A stretch of 64,000 nucleotides of DNA, from assembly GCA_020137815.1 (NCBI GenBank), contig CM035358.1:6262001-6326000 (forward strand), written 5' to 3'. Source of the stretch: Hormiphora californensis. Its lineage: Eukaryota > Animalia > Ctenophora. A program made the position numbers and the translations under genes. The notes below the pieces were generated by a model. That model searched no databases, had not been told where the DNA came from, and saw only the letters and a list, made by a program, of their open reading frames with translations. Positions 11,241 to 22,034 of this stretch are shown here, one piece after another (positions within the stretch are counted from its first letter, which is position 1; each line of letters begins with the position of its first letter).

Positions 11241-14200
11241 ACTATCTCATCATGTGGTGCGGCGTATGTCAGTCAAATCTTAATTGGGCTAAAAATAAAG
11301 ATCGTCTGGCTGCTACATGTGTGTGTGTTTACATACAGCATCTTGTTATTAGTATGCTACTGCTGATCCTAGTTCATTCCCTCTTTGTGCTCCTCTTCAC
11401 CTCAATTCTACTATTGACTGTTACCGAGTTCCGGGCTCAGTTCCTCTGACTGTTACCGAGTTCCGGGCTGAATTCCTCTGAAGGAAGCAGGGTTGTAATA
11501 CTAACATTCGGAGTTCCTCTGAAGGAAAGATACTCAACAAAGCGGAGCAGAGTTGATCTAAAGAACCCTCACAGAGAGCCACACAAGAGCAAATTAAACA
11601 TTATACTTGGCGTGTACTACTGCAGCTTGAGCAGCGGAGGAAGCGTGGGAGCAGGGTTCTATATTAACACGGTGGAAACTCAGCTGATTGTGCTGCTGAG
11701 GATTCACTTTATTTGAAACCAGAAATATTTGGCCGAGATCCAGGAGTCTCAATAAAACCTCGCCATCTGAACCTCATTATAACCTCATTGCCGCCTCATT
11801 ATAACCTCATTGCCGCCTCATTATCCCATCACGATGGGCTGTATAAACTCGTCCCTGCTGACTGGCCAGTTCTACCTGATGACCAGGAGGTACCAGATGA
11901 GGGTCACAGGACCACCCCCTCCTGTCATAATGAACCCCAGAGAGGAGGGTGGGGGAAGTACCGGGCTGAGGGCCAGGTTTAATAACAATCTGATCCCCAT
12001 GAAGGTGCGAGTTACCAAGAATTATATCCATCTAGGGCATGTGTTTGGGACACTATGGGGGGGGGGATAAAATAGAAGCAGCTAGGATAAAATAACACCT
12101 GTATTATTTATATCTCAGATCGAAGAGGGGGTTGAGACTGATTGTGGACTGGATGATCTGGATAAGAGCGTATCAGATCTGTCGGCATCACACACCATGT
12201 CCGAACTACGGGATCTGATCTCGGAACAAAGCAAACGGAATAAAACTGACTCAGGTATATTTGTTGAAGATGAGACAAGGGTGGCAACAAATTAACTTGT
12301 TAGATTTAGAAATAATGATGTCTCAATAGTAAATACTTGCTATGTTCTAACCCTCCCTTTACATTTGTAATTTGTGATTCGGGGGCGGGGCGCCCGAAAC
12401 ACAGTCTAGCCAGGCAAGTAAATACAAGCTAAAAATTGAAATTATACTTGTATTTCAGATGATATAATATTTACACCTCTTCATTTCAGCGTCAGGTTCT
12501 GCAACTCCGATTCAAGAGGATGACATGTCAGCATCCCATGATACTTCTGACAGCAGCACCGCTGAACTGGAACTAGCTGCCCTCTCACCGCGTGACGACT
12601 CAACGCCGCGTGAGATGACACCGCGTGACAGATCACGCGAATCTCCCATCCCGCGTGACGTCATCCCATCATTGCGTGACGTCACATCACGTGATCAGAG
12701 GGAGAGGATACCTGAAGATATGACACAGGAATTGCTGAAAGCTGCTCTCACTAAGATGCTGAAGATAAAGCATTCGAAGGAGCAGAGAGAACTGGCTCTG
12801 TCCCCTAAATTCACTGAACGGTCCCCTTCCTCTCCTGACTGCCTCTCTCCCACACGAGGAGGTAATGATATAACCATGATTTACCTGTCGCGACCTCATT
12901 TGAGCACACAGTCGATTTGAGAATCAAATTGGGGTCTGGCGCCGCCAGACAGTGAATTACAATCTGATTGTTCGTCCCGTGGACCGTGGGGACACACATG
13001 TTTGATTGAAGCTCTGGGGGGGGGGGCGACATGTTAATTGTTAATAAATCACCTCTTTTTTTCGATTTTGTTAATTAACGTTAATTAACAAAATTAACAA
13101 AGTTAACAAATCAGCAAAAACTGTTCTTATTGGTTGATAATACGACTTTAACTGGTTTAATTTTATAGTTTAATGACTTTTCTAACACATATAAGGGGGG
13201 GGGCCTGCCGCAAAAATCTCAGCTACCCTCTTTTCGGCCGATGAGATTTTTGAGATTTTTGGGAATATTTGCTCAATTACGTTTGAGATTTTTGAGATTT
13301 TTGTGGTAAATTGGCACAATTTTGGCCGCCAATACTCAGTTTTTTGACATATTTTTTAACTTAAAACCATGAATCATAATATCAGTTTAGTAATTTAAAT
13401 AGGTAGATTTCATGTTTTAGCTTCACATTAACTTTTGTACTAGAATACAAGGAAAATGTCTATTCCGAATTTTGATTTTTGGCAAAAAAAAACACAAGGA
13501 TTGTTTCTATTCCAAATTTTCGAATGGAAATTTTTCCTTTCTATGAGATTTTTGAGAAAAATTTGCGGTTTTCCCCCGAAAAATCGCAAATTTGCCTCAA
13601 AAATCTCAAAAATCCCACGTTTTTAAGCCAAAAATCGAAAATCTCAAAAATCCCAGCTACCCTGAAAATCGCCAATGAGGCATGAGATTCTTGCGGCAGG
13701 CCCCCCCCCATATAAACCCAAACAAGGCCTCTTCCGATAACCAAAGTCCGACATACATGTTTTTTGGCTCAAAATCGATAAAATCCAAAAGTTACAAATA
13801 TTTCAATTTAGCGTATAAAATCTCACTTTAACGTGATTTTTTCATCGATAATCGATTCTTTGAACGAAAGAAGATGATGTACAACGTTTCTGTCGGAAAA
13901 AGAAACAAAATATTTCCAAAATCAATTTTTGGTCAAGAATTGAAAATTTGCTTCGCTACAAATCCTTGTGTTTTTTTAGAAAAATTGATTTTTGGGATAT
14001 TTTTGTTTTATGGTAAATTCATGAGTCTCAATTAGTTTTTATGGTTTAAAAAAGGTGGATTAGGGTCAATTGACTTCAATTGCGGTTTAGTTTGGCTAGT
14101 TTTTATTAAAATTTACACAATGGAACAAATCGCTGTAGAAAAGCCGTAGTATAGGTTAGTAGGAGTGTGCAAATCGTGCAAAAGGAACAACTTTGCTCGC

Positions 14201-15027
14201 AGAACAAGTGTTAAATACCAAAAACACACGCTAAAGGTGATTTAGATGGCATAAATGGCATTTGTTAACGTTTGTTAACTTTTTGTTAATTTTGTTAATA
14301 AATCACCTGTTTTCTCGATGTTAATATTAACAAAGTTAACAAAATTAACATGTCGCACCCCCCGAAGCTCTCCTCGTTATTATAATCCCCCTGCTTTCAG
14401 AGCCTGCAATATTGAATGATACATTTCGAGATACAGACCTGGAGAGTGCCTTGAGTCTAGCCAGGAATGCCTCTACCTGTACTGCAGAGGAACGAGTGTC
14501 CCCCGAACCTCCTGCACCCCCCAAAGTAAGTCATCTCTCAGACACCCTGTCTGACGGCAGTGTCCTCAGATCGTATCTGAGTTAGGAAATGATATTCAGG
14601 GATAGATGATTTAGGGATGGATCCCTCATAATAGCTCACGTTCTGATTCACCAGGTAACGGTTTGGAACACACCTGACGCGACACGTGGTATAGCTGCAC
14701 GTGCAGCACGGCACCTCGTCACGTGTGTGCGTGAGGGAGTCACGTGGTGTGATATCACGCGTGATATTCCAACCGAGGAGGGAGATTGGGAGAATGATGT
14801 GGAGAGACAGCAGTGTCGGGTCTATCAGGAGTTAGTTATGTCAACCACACAGGAGTGCTTCGAAGCCATTGATGCAGAGTGCAACCTTAAGAAACGGTAG
14901 GTTGAATGATCAAAATCTATCGCATCCCACCATTTTGTCTTCTTCAAATTTGCGCTCAGATTTGGTGGGCGCCTCGAGACAATCCATATTTTCATTCCAG
15001 CCTCTCCATGTTATAGCAATTACTATA

Positions 15028-15125
<98 letters not shown>

Positions 15126-15695
15126 ACACCTGTTTCCAGACCGAGAACTGAACTACCCCCCTGGAAAGCTGCCTCTAAACGACAACCCCGACCCAACTGG
15201 ATGAAAGGACTGCCCACCAGAGTAAATCTAGAAAATGTGGAGCATCATCTACCTGATCTGGTTGTTCGAATTCTGGGTATCTCCGAAACATGCCCTCCCC
15301 GCCGGTTTAATAACATGGAGCATATCCTAGCGCAGGTAACTATCTCCAAGCTTTAATTATTAATTTCATCTGTTTGATTTATATTGGTGATGTCCGTTCT
15401 TTTTCTACCGACAGTTTTTTGTTCAGTCGCCTGACACTGTGTCAATTGTTTTGTATGTACGGTCTCTAGTTTTTCACCATATGTCTATTGATTAACCCCC
15501 TACTCGATTAACCCCCTACTCGACAATTTATTCACCATCTTTCTCTCCCTTCATTAGGAGATAAAAGATGAAGGAGTGGAATGGACGGACTACGACTCAG
15601 ACGAGCTGGTTGTGAAATTCCGAATCGCTGACTCCATCTTCGACAGTCTAATTCGGGAGACAGTCGCTGTTTTCTCTGCCATAGAGAACAAGTGA
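819..15695 (+). CDS. CEP350: CEP350-like centrosomal protein, 3' part (multi-exon; 5' end outside window)
   Basis: GT-AG exons at about 819-948, 5861-6021, 7807-7949, 8125-8302, 8560-8715, 8868-10227, 10489-10718, 12119-12253, 12490-12861, 14401-14525, 14655-14898, 15140-15335 and 15558-15695. The first exon (KGYDEKLPPLIKQEKDILAKLAVEQQEIRRM) resembles the CEP350 coiled coil (KGEDDKMPPL...QQEKAEIKRL). The last exon (EWTDYDSDELVVKFRIADSIFDSLIRETV*) resembles the CEP350 C-terminal DUF4378. Two apparent 1-nt frameshifts (see findings). Confidence 0.85.
1003..1591. mobile_element. Non-autonomous DNA transposon (hAT-like MITE)
   Basis: 18-bp TIR CCCAGTGGTGCTCGATTG / CAATCGAGCACCACTGGG. 8-bp TSD GGATCAGG at 995-1002 and 1592-1599. 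Internal ~100-bp direct repeat (about 1104-1202 and 1271-1369). Confidence 0.85.
1430..1516 (+). pseudogene. tRNA-derived (Ser/Leu-like) Pol III cassette inside the MITE
   Basis: A-box TAGCCGAGTGG(CTAAGGCG) at 1437-1455 and B-box GGTTCAAATCC at 1482-1492 with a T-stem, followed by T-runs. No intact acceptor or anticodon stem. Confidence 0.55.
1637..5061. mobile_element. Foldback-type element with ~860-bp modular inverted arms
   Basis: Ends AGGGGGTGCTATTTG / CAAATAGCACCCCCT. Left arm 1637-~2502 is the near-perfect reverse complement of right arm ~4203-5061 (mirror ORFs 1907-2173 and 4533-4799). No clear TSD and no transposase. Confidence 0.85.
2355..4345. repeat. ~39-41-bp tandem satellite with an internal hairpin
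   Basis: Unit approximately CCACCCATGGATCAGATCACATTATAGGGATCTG(G/A)T. Roughly 40 direct units in two blocks separated by a copy of arm sequence (2825-3005), then a few inverted units after ~4200. Confidence 0.9.
6030..6138. mobile_element. 109-bp hAT-like MITE, copy 1
   Basis: TIR CAGGAACCGACCGAA / TTCGGTCGGTTCCTG. 8-bp TSD GTAAGAGG at 6022-6029 and 6139-6146. Further copies at ~20086-20186 and 49701-49809. Confidence 0.92.
6154..6790. mobile_element. Palindromic Tc1/mariner-type MITE
   Basis: TA|CAGGGTGTTCATTTTGG...CCAAAATGAACACCCAG|TA, with ~300-bp inverted arms and a ~30-bp centre (mirror ORFs 6158-6403 and 6541-6786). Confidence 0.85.
11150..11237. repeat. (CT/AG)n microsatellite, representative of many
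   Basis: Similar tracts at about 5570-5830, 7378-7458, 15027-15112, 21075-21515, 21945-22070, 27997-28167, 28969-29011, 46684-46868, 54019-54150, 60368-60500, 61600-61684, 61909-62039 and 62671-62871. Confidence 0.95.
12337..12417. mobile_element. Mini-element family TTG(C/T)TATGTTCTAACCCT...GGCAA, copy 1
   Basis: 8-bp TSD GTAAATAC on both sides. Other copies: 43744-43795 (TSD ATGTTAGA), 48539-48651 (TSD GATACGAT/GATACGAA) and a truncated inverted copy at ~62191-62224. Confidence 0.75.
13016..14363. mobile_element. Non-autonomous TIR element with G-run ends
   Basis: Ends GGGGG..GCGACATGTTAATT / AATTAACATGTCGCACCCCCC. 8-bp TSD GAAGCTCT. Subterminal TTGTTAA/TTAACAA repeats. Confidence 0.85.
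13195..13708. mobile_element. Second G-run TIR element nested in 13016-14363
   Basis: Ends GGGGGGGGGCCTGCCGCAA / TTGCGGCAGGCCCCCCCC, flanked by a CATATAA duplication. Subterminal GAGATTTTT/AAAAATCTC repeats. Confidence 0.8.
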
Positions 15696-16815
15696 GGGGA
15701 TGTAATCAGAGACAGTCAGATATTCAGAAGTGGGGAGAGACAGACTCTCAGAGAGTGGGAAATATATATTGCACAGAGCAGACTATTTATTAATTTTATC
15801 CCGATTTTTATCATGTATCATAATTAACAACTACTCTTGTTTACAACCTGTATAAAATGAGTGTGTCATATTGTTTCTAAAATGGGTGAGAGAACATTAT
15901 TTGCTGGCCAATCTTGGCCGCCACCCCACTGACTGGGCCTGTCAGTTCAATGCTCTTATCTGACCACGGTTCTCGCTCGAGGGGTCAGGCCAATGCTCTG
16001 ACAGTGCTGGACACCAGTTGCATGGAATTCCTGGAAAATAATGATGGTTACAGCAGGTCGAGAGGGAGAATTATAAATCCATGCAGCAGTACTGACATCC
16101 GGCTTCGTCTAGACAGAGACGGATGTGAGAGACAGAATTACGTCACTGGGCCGTCTCAATTTGGTCTTGTTGCCTCTCCCGGCCTCCCGCCTTCATGGCC
16201 TACCACCGCGCGCGTGTTGTTAGCGACTATTTCGCGCGCTTTGTGTATCTACCATGTCGCGGCGCCCTACAAACATGTCTTGATGAGTGTTCCATCAATG
16301 TTCGTGTTATGTAATTTGAAGTGAAGGAGGTTGGTAGGAGATAAATAGAGCAGTGTTGCTGTGATCCAATTAACAGTGGACAACCACTCTCGCACAGAAA
16401 TAGCGTTTCATATCATTAGTAGCACCAGTTAAGGGCCACAGGTGGCCTATATCAGTGGTAGTGTGAGGGAAATGTTATAGAGCTGAAATATCCACCTGTG
16501 TGATGTCGAGTCTCGCAAGATCAGTCATCAGAGGTGTGAATTTGTTTACACTTCAACGTCAATTATTACGCTTGTGTGATAATTGCCCTTATATGAACAA
16601 TTTCTTTCCTTCATTCACGTCAGAGCAGCTCAATTGATGATTTTAGAATTACACCATTGGAGTAATTTAGACAAAAAACGAGGTGTTTATAAGTTTACTT
16701 AGTTGTAATTAGAATCTAATTACTACAAAAAACTGCAGCAATAATATCGGTAAACGATGACAACCATTCGTTTTGGGTATTACCGCAAAAACACAGTTGT
16801 AGTATTAATAGTAAA

Positions 16816-17082
16816 GGCAATTTAGGGGTAGCAAGCTAGTTGCACTAGATATAGACGCAATCCCCATACATTATAGACGCATGATATAGACACCACCAAT
16901 AAAGACACTGTATACTATATACTGTCTATTAGACAGAAGCAATGAAGTTTCACTTCACCGCACTACAAAAATCAGTAACGACCTGTACCAGAAAACTGTC
17001 TGTACTGCTGGTGTCTATAATCCGTCTAATGTCTATAGTGTGCGGGGACTGCGTCTACAGTGCCTGCTACACCTAAATTGCC
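16816..17082. mobile_element. MITE (Mutator/Merlin-like ends)
   Basis: TIR GGCAATTTAGGGGTAGCA / TGCTACACCTAAATTGCC. Flanks AATAGTAA(A/T) duplicated. Internal TAGAC/GTCTA repeats. Confidence 0.75.
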
Positions 17083-17340
17083 AATAGTAATTAATAGTAC
17101 TATAAATATATAGATTTAAGAGTCTCCGGTTTTCGCTCACACTCTCTATGAGAGTCTCTATTATCATATTGGTATTCCAGACCTCTCTCTCACAACTAGT
17201 AATTATTAGTCCCTAATTCACCCCTGACACGGGACCCCCTTCTTTAGACAACTGAGTGTTGCTCCACATTGGGCCTTGCTCGACCCTGTTTCACTGAGCT
17301 CTACACTTGAGGGGTAGTAACAACTGTAATATCCAGATTT

Positions 17341-20300
17341 TTACAATCGAGAGGATTCAGCGTTCTTCTTCTCTCCTGCCTTGAATTCGTCCTTGTATTC
17401 CTCTGCTTCGAAATCCTTGACAGCTCCCAGGACGTCGAGGTGTTTGAATTGTGGCACTGCAATGGGAGAGACATGGGTTAGTGATATTTGAGATGGGTTA
17501 GTGCACTGAAATGGGAGACATGGGTTCTGAGAGATATCTCAGGTTCCGGATAACTCAGATAATTCCGGGATTACACATACCCCATAATATCATTACCTCC
17601 CGGTGCTCTAACCCCAGTTACTACTATGACATAATATAACATACTGTAATCTCTATTTGATTTAGATAAGACAAGGACTGTTCGACTGAAGATAATCTGA
17701 ACTAGCAGATATAAGAGAAGATAAGACATGGTTAGGTTTCAAATTTTAAAGTTTACGCGGTAGCCTAGAATAGACCCTAAATTCTAGAATAACCGCATTA
17801 CAAGTCCCTAACAAGCTTGAATATATTATGCATAATATCACATTCCTGCAAAACGAGTTGTAAAGTGAGTTCCAGAATATCATGTAAGATATCCTGGATA
17901 ATATATCTCAGCCCATATCACTGACTACTGCAGCTAGGGTGCCCCGCGGAGGTCAGGGGGAGGGGTGAGTGTGGGCGGGAGGGTTGGGTGGGGGGAGGGG
18001 TTTGTTGTACCCTCTAGTAATTAATAGTGTTAGCAGGTAGAATAGTGTGGAGGAGCTGGTACTACTCACTTTTAGTGAAGAACATTCGGGCGGCATATGA
18101 CACAATCAGGGTGATAAGAAGGTTTAGGACCATGCACAACACCCTGAACGGGAACCTCTGGTATCCATAAGACTCAACACTGCCATCAACATTATATTCT
18201 GGCTCCATGTAGTACGGGTATTTCAGGACGGCGTTGTACTTCAGAACGGGCTCTCCGGCTAGGACTCGAAGGAAGAAGGCAGTTCCAAATCCGGCAATCA
18301 TACCATATTTGTTGGTCATTTTGGGGAACCAAACGACGAGGGTCAGATGAGGGAATAGAAGGATGAACACCAAATCACTGAGAGGGAGAGATGAGGGTCA
18401 TTGGTTTGGTTTGGTTTGTAATAAAGGGACTACTTGAATTCGTTGGTATCTTATTAAACTAGGGTAAATATAATTGTCTCCATTGTCTCCATTGTTTTAT
18501 TGTACCAGCAGTAATTGTACCAGCAGTTTGTACCTGCAAATGAGATAGAGACCGTAGACGGACTTGACAAAGATGGCGATCAACATTGCGATAACAGTGT
18601 TGACAATGACAGTGCCTCTCAGGAACCAAAGTGAAACCCTTGTGGGAGGAATACGTGTTATTACGGGGAAATAAAGAAACACAAAAACTTATTACATATT
18701 ATAAGCAAAGCGTTGTTGATTTTAAACATTAGCAGCTGAAACAGACTTGCTTTTTATAATAGCGGACGGGAGTTTTTTATTCACCCGCATAGTTAAGTAG
18801 TTTATAATAAGGAAACTATAACAGAGATTGGTTGACTGTTTATTTATAGCCGCATTATCAGTGAATAAATCTTTATTTCTCCTTCCGGCTGGACGAATTG
18901 ATAGACGGGTATTTTATTGTAGAAGAACGCAATAAAAATAAGATACCCGTCTATTTTTCAATTCATCCAGCCGGAAGTCGAGAAATCAAGGCTTATTCAC
19001 GGAATCAATAACAGCAAACTTACCTATCAGATGCGTTCCTGTAGATGACATTGCAAAAGACATTCCTGGTGAACATAGTACTGACACCCAGAATGGAACT
19101 GTCAGTGGAACTCATGACCGCAGCAGACACGGCACCGAGACCAATGAAAGCCACAGCAGGAGGAGTCAGATTTAGGAGGGTCAGGGGGACGGCAAGTTTA
19201 GCTTTATCAGCTGTAAGTTCGTATCCAACGACAGCTGGCCAGTCAGTGTTAATGGTGATAAGTCCAATAACAACAGAGGGTACGGCAGCAGCGAAACAGC
19301 CGAAACTGGCGCAGAAAGAGAGAACTCGGGCGACCTTGTAGTTTCGGGAGGATAGGACTCGCTGGAAATATGCCTGCCAAGGGATCCCACCGAAGATCAT
19401 CATGATGGCGTAGTCAGCCTGTAATTGGGGAGAAGGGGAGTTAGATATTAGTTGGGGAGAGCTGATAGGCCGGGGGTTAGAGGTTTGTTGGGAGAAGGAG
19501 GAGGTTAGAACTCAGGGGTAGGATTTTTACTCAACAAAATTGTTGGGGAGTGGTAGAGGGATGTAACACGTCTGTTGGAGAGAGGGAAAAAGAGTTTCTG
19601 AGAAACTCGAATGGGGGATATAAACCCTCTAACCTACCCAGATGCCACCATCACCATCCTTAATCCTTCCAAGGAAGGAAGAGTAGTTCATGCCCGGATA
19701 CATGGTAACATTGGAGCCTCTCAGGGGCGTGGTGACAAACTCATTGCCAGTCATGAATGGAATAGCGAAGATAAGTCCGACAAAGATGCAAATCAACTGG
19801 AAGACATCGGTAAAGGCGACAGAGTACAGACCTGGAGAGAGAGAGAGGAGAGGGTTAGTACAGACCTGTCATCTGTTATAGTGAGAGATAGAGATGTGAG
19901 GGATATGTACAAACCACGATTAGTACCACACTTCAACCACTATTTAACCAGCAAAATTGGACCCACTAAGCCCCAGCTCTACCTATCTCCGAACCCGAAC
20001 CCCGGTTAGAACAAAAAACTGAGCACCCTGTACCTACCTCTGAACCCGCACCCCGGTTAGACCATAAAACTGAGCACCCTGTACCTACCGAAACAAGTAA
20101 ACAACCAATCAGAACTCGTTATTTAGGTCACGTGACTGGTTATCAGCCAATCAGGGACCAGTATTTCCTGATTCGGTCTGTTCATGCCCTGTACCTACCT
20201 CCGAAGAGAGTGTACGTCATTGCAATACAGGCACTGATAATAATGGAGGGGGTATCCTCGAGACCACAGATGACACGAAGAGAGGTTCCCAAAGCAGCCA

Positions 20301-20914
20301 GGATAGATGCCGACCAGAGGATCTGAGAAGGAAAGAAGAGGGTGAGGGTAAACATTATAGTAGAGAGAAGAGACTCTCTTCTCTCTACTAAGAGAGTCAC
20401 TACAACTCTCGAGTAGATATATACCGCAGTGAGTACTTGGAAGTAACAAGAAATAGCCACGTGTAGTGCAAAAAAACACAATGTTGGTAAATCTTAAATG
20501 CCAACGTGAATAATAACTGAGCTGAGACTTGCTAGTAATATACCTCTCCAGAGAAAGCAGGGATATAGAAGAGAGCACCCAGGGGATTTCCGTATTTCTT
20601 CTGCAGAGGGTCCAACATGGTGACAAACCTTCGCTCTCTGTAATATTGGGAGTTGTACGGAGAGTTTGAAAAATAAAAATAATGCACTAAATAAAGAATT
20701 ACAAATTAAAAACAACGGTGTGGTTTTTACGGTCTATACAATAGTTTCATGGTGTCTCACAAGAAATAAAAGAGAATTAGATTTTTAAAACCCATCCAAT
20801 TAAATTACCTCATTTTCTTGGCGAAGAAGATACCTCCGAGAGTCAGAGAGATGGCATAACAGAAAGGAGCTTGACACCACACCAAACCGTTCTTAATCAC
20901 AGCTTCCGCCGTTC
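17341..20914 (-). CDS. SLC5A7: High-affinity choline transporter-like (SLC5A7/CHT1 family), N-terminal exons not found
   Basis: Exons at about 20914-20809, 20638-20543, 20322-20198, 19831-19634, 19418-19024, 18638-18533, 18377-18071 and 17457-17341. CHT1-type motifs: [72 protein letters not shown]. Confidence 0.88.
18861..19000. repeat. Imperfect 140-bp palindrome (MITE-like) in an SLC5A7 intron
   Basis: GTGAATAA...CTTCCGGCTGGA...ATAGACGGGTAT pairs with ATACCCGTCTAT...TCCAGCCGGAAG...TTATTCAC. Confidence 0.7.
20086..20186. mobile_element. 109-bp MITE, copy 2 (left TIR truncated)
   Basis: Body nearly identical to 6030-6138. Flanked by CCCTGTAC, next to the SLC5A7 donor at ~20197. Confidence 0.85.
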
Positions 20915-21391
20915 CTGAAAACATGAGAATATAGAAAGTGGCGGCCAAGTTGCCAGACATTGACAAATGTGATTTGCTGTAGAGCGCTTTGGAGTTCATT
21001 TTTGTTATAAAACGAGTGTCAGCCATGATTTTGGAATCGAGGAGTGGAAGTAGTGGTAAGACATGGACAAGCGATCAGCGGGGAGAGAGGGAGAGAGAGA
21101 GAGAGAGAGAGAGAAGAGATAGAGAGATAGATAGGAATAGAGCTAGCTCTATAGAGATCGCGTTGCCTCTACGCTCTCTCTCTCGCGTATCACGCTCTCT
21201 CTCGATATCGCGCTCTCCTTTCTCTCTCCTCTCTCTATCTCTCCCCTCGCGCTCTCTCTCTCGCTCTCTCGCTCTCTTCTCCCTCTTCTCTCTCCTCTCG
21301 CTCTCTCTCTCTCTCTCCTCTCGCTGCTCGTCTCTCTCTCTCTCTTCTCTCTCTCTTCTCTCTCTCTCCTCTCTCTCTCCTCTCTCTCTCC

Positions 21392-21441
<50 letters not shown>

Positions 21442-21448
21442 ACTCTAG

Positions 21449-21506
<58 letters not shown>

Positions 21507-21992
21507 GCCTCTCTCTCATCCCCGGTGCCGCTTGACTCCCGGTTCTCTCGTTCTTGCCTTCCTCTCCCCCTCCTCGTGGGCTGTTTCCCTGTTTTTCTCG
21601 GTCGGCCCTCCCCCTTACCCCGTCGTTCCTGTAGAGCTGCAAGAAGCTCAGCAATCTCAACACGGTTTTGCATCAAGGATAAATAATTGCAGATAATGGG
21701 AGAGGAGAAGAGAAGAGGGTTGAACACGTCTATCAATAGAATTGGGAAACACGGTTTTAGCATCATATTATCTATACGGGAATAGACACGAGTATATGGT
21801 TAGCTCTGCAGCAGCGGTTTGAGTGGCGGATAAGAAGGAAGACAGAGAAGGGTGAAACGCCATGGAGAAAAAAACAGCGCTTCCTGGTACTAAATTCCAC
21901 TGGTTTCACTAAGGCTTCTCACTCAACTCTATGTATCAACTCTATCTCTATCTCTCTCTTTCTCTCTTTCTCTCTCTTTCCCTCTCTCTCTC

Positions 21993-22034
<42 letters not shown>

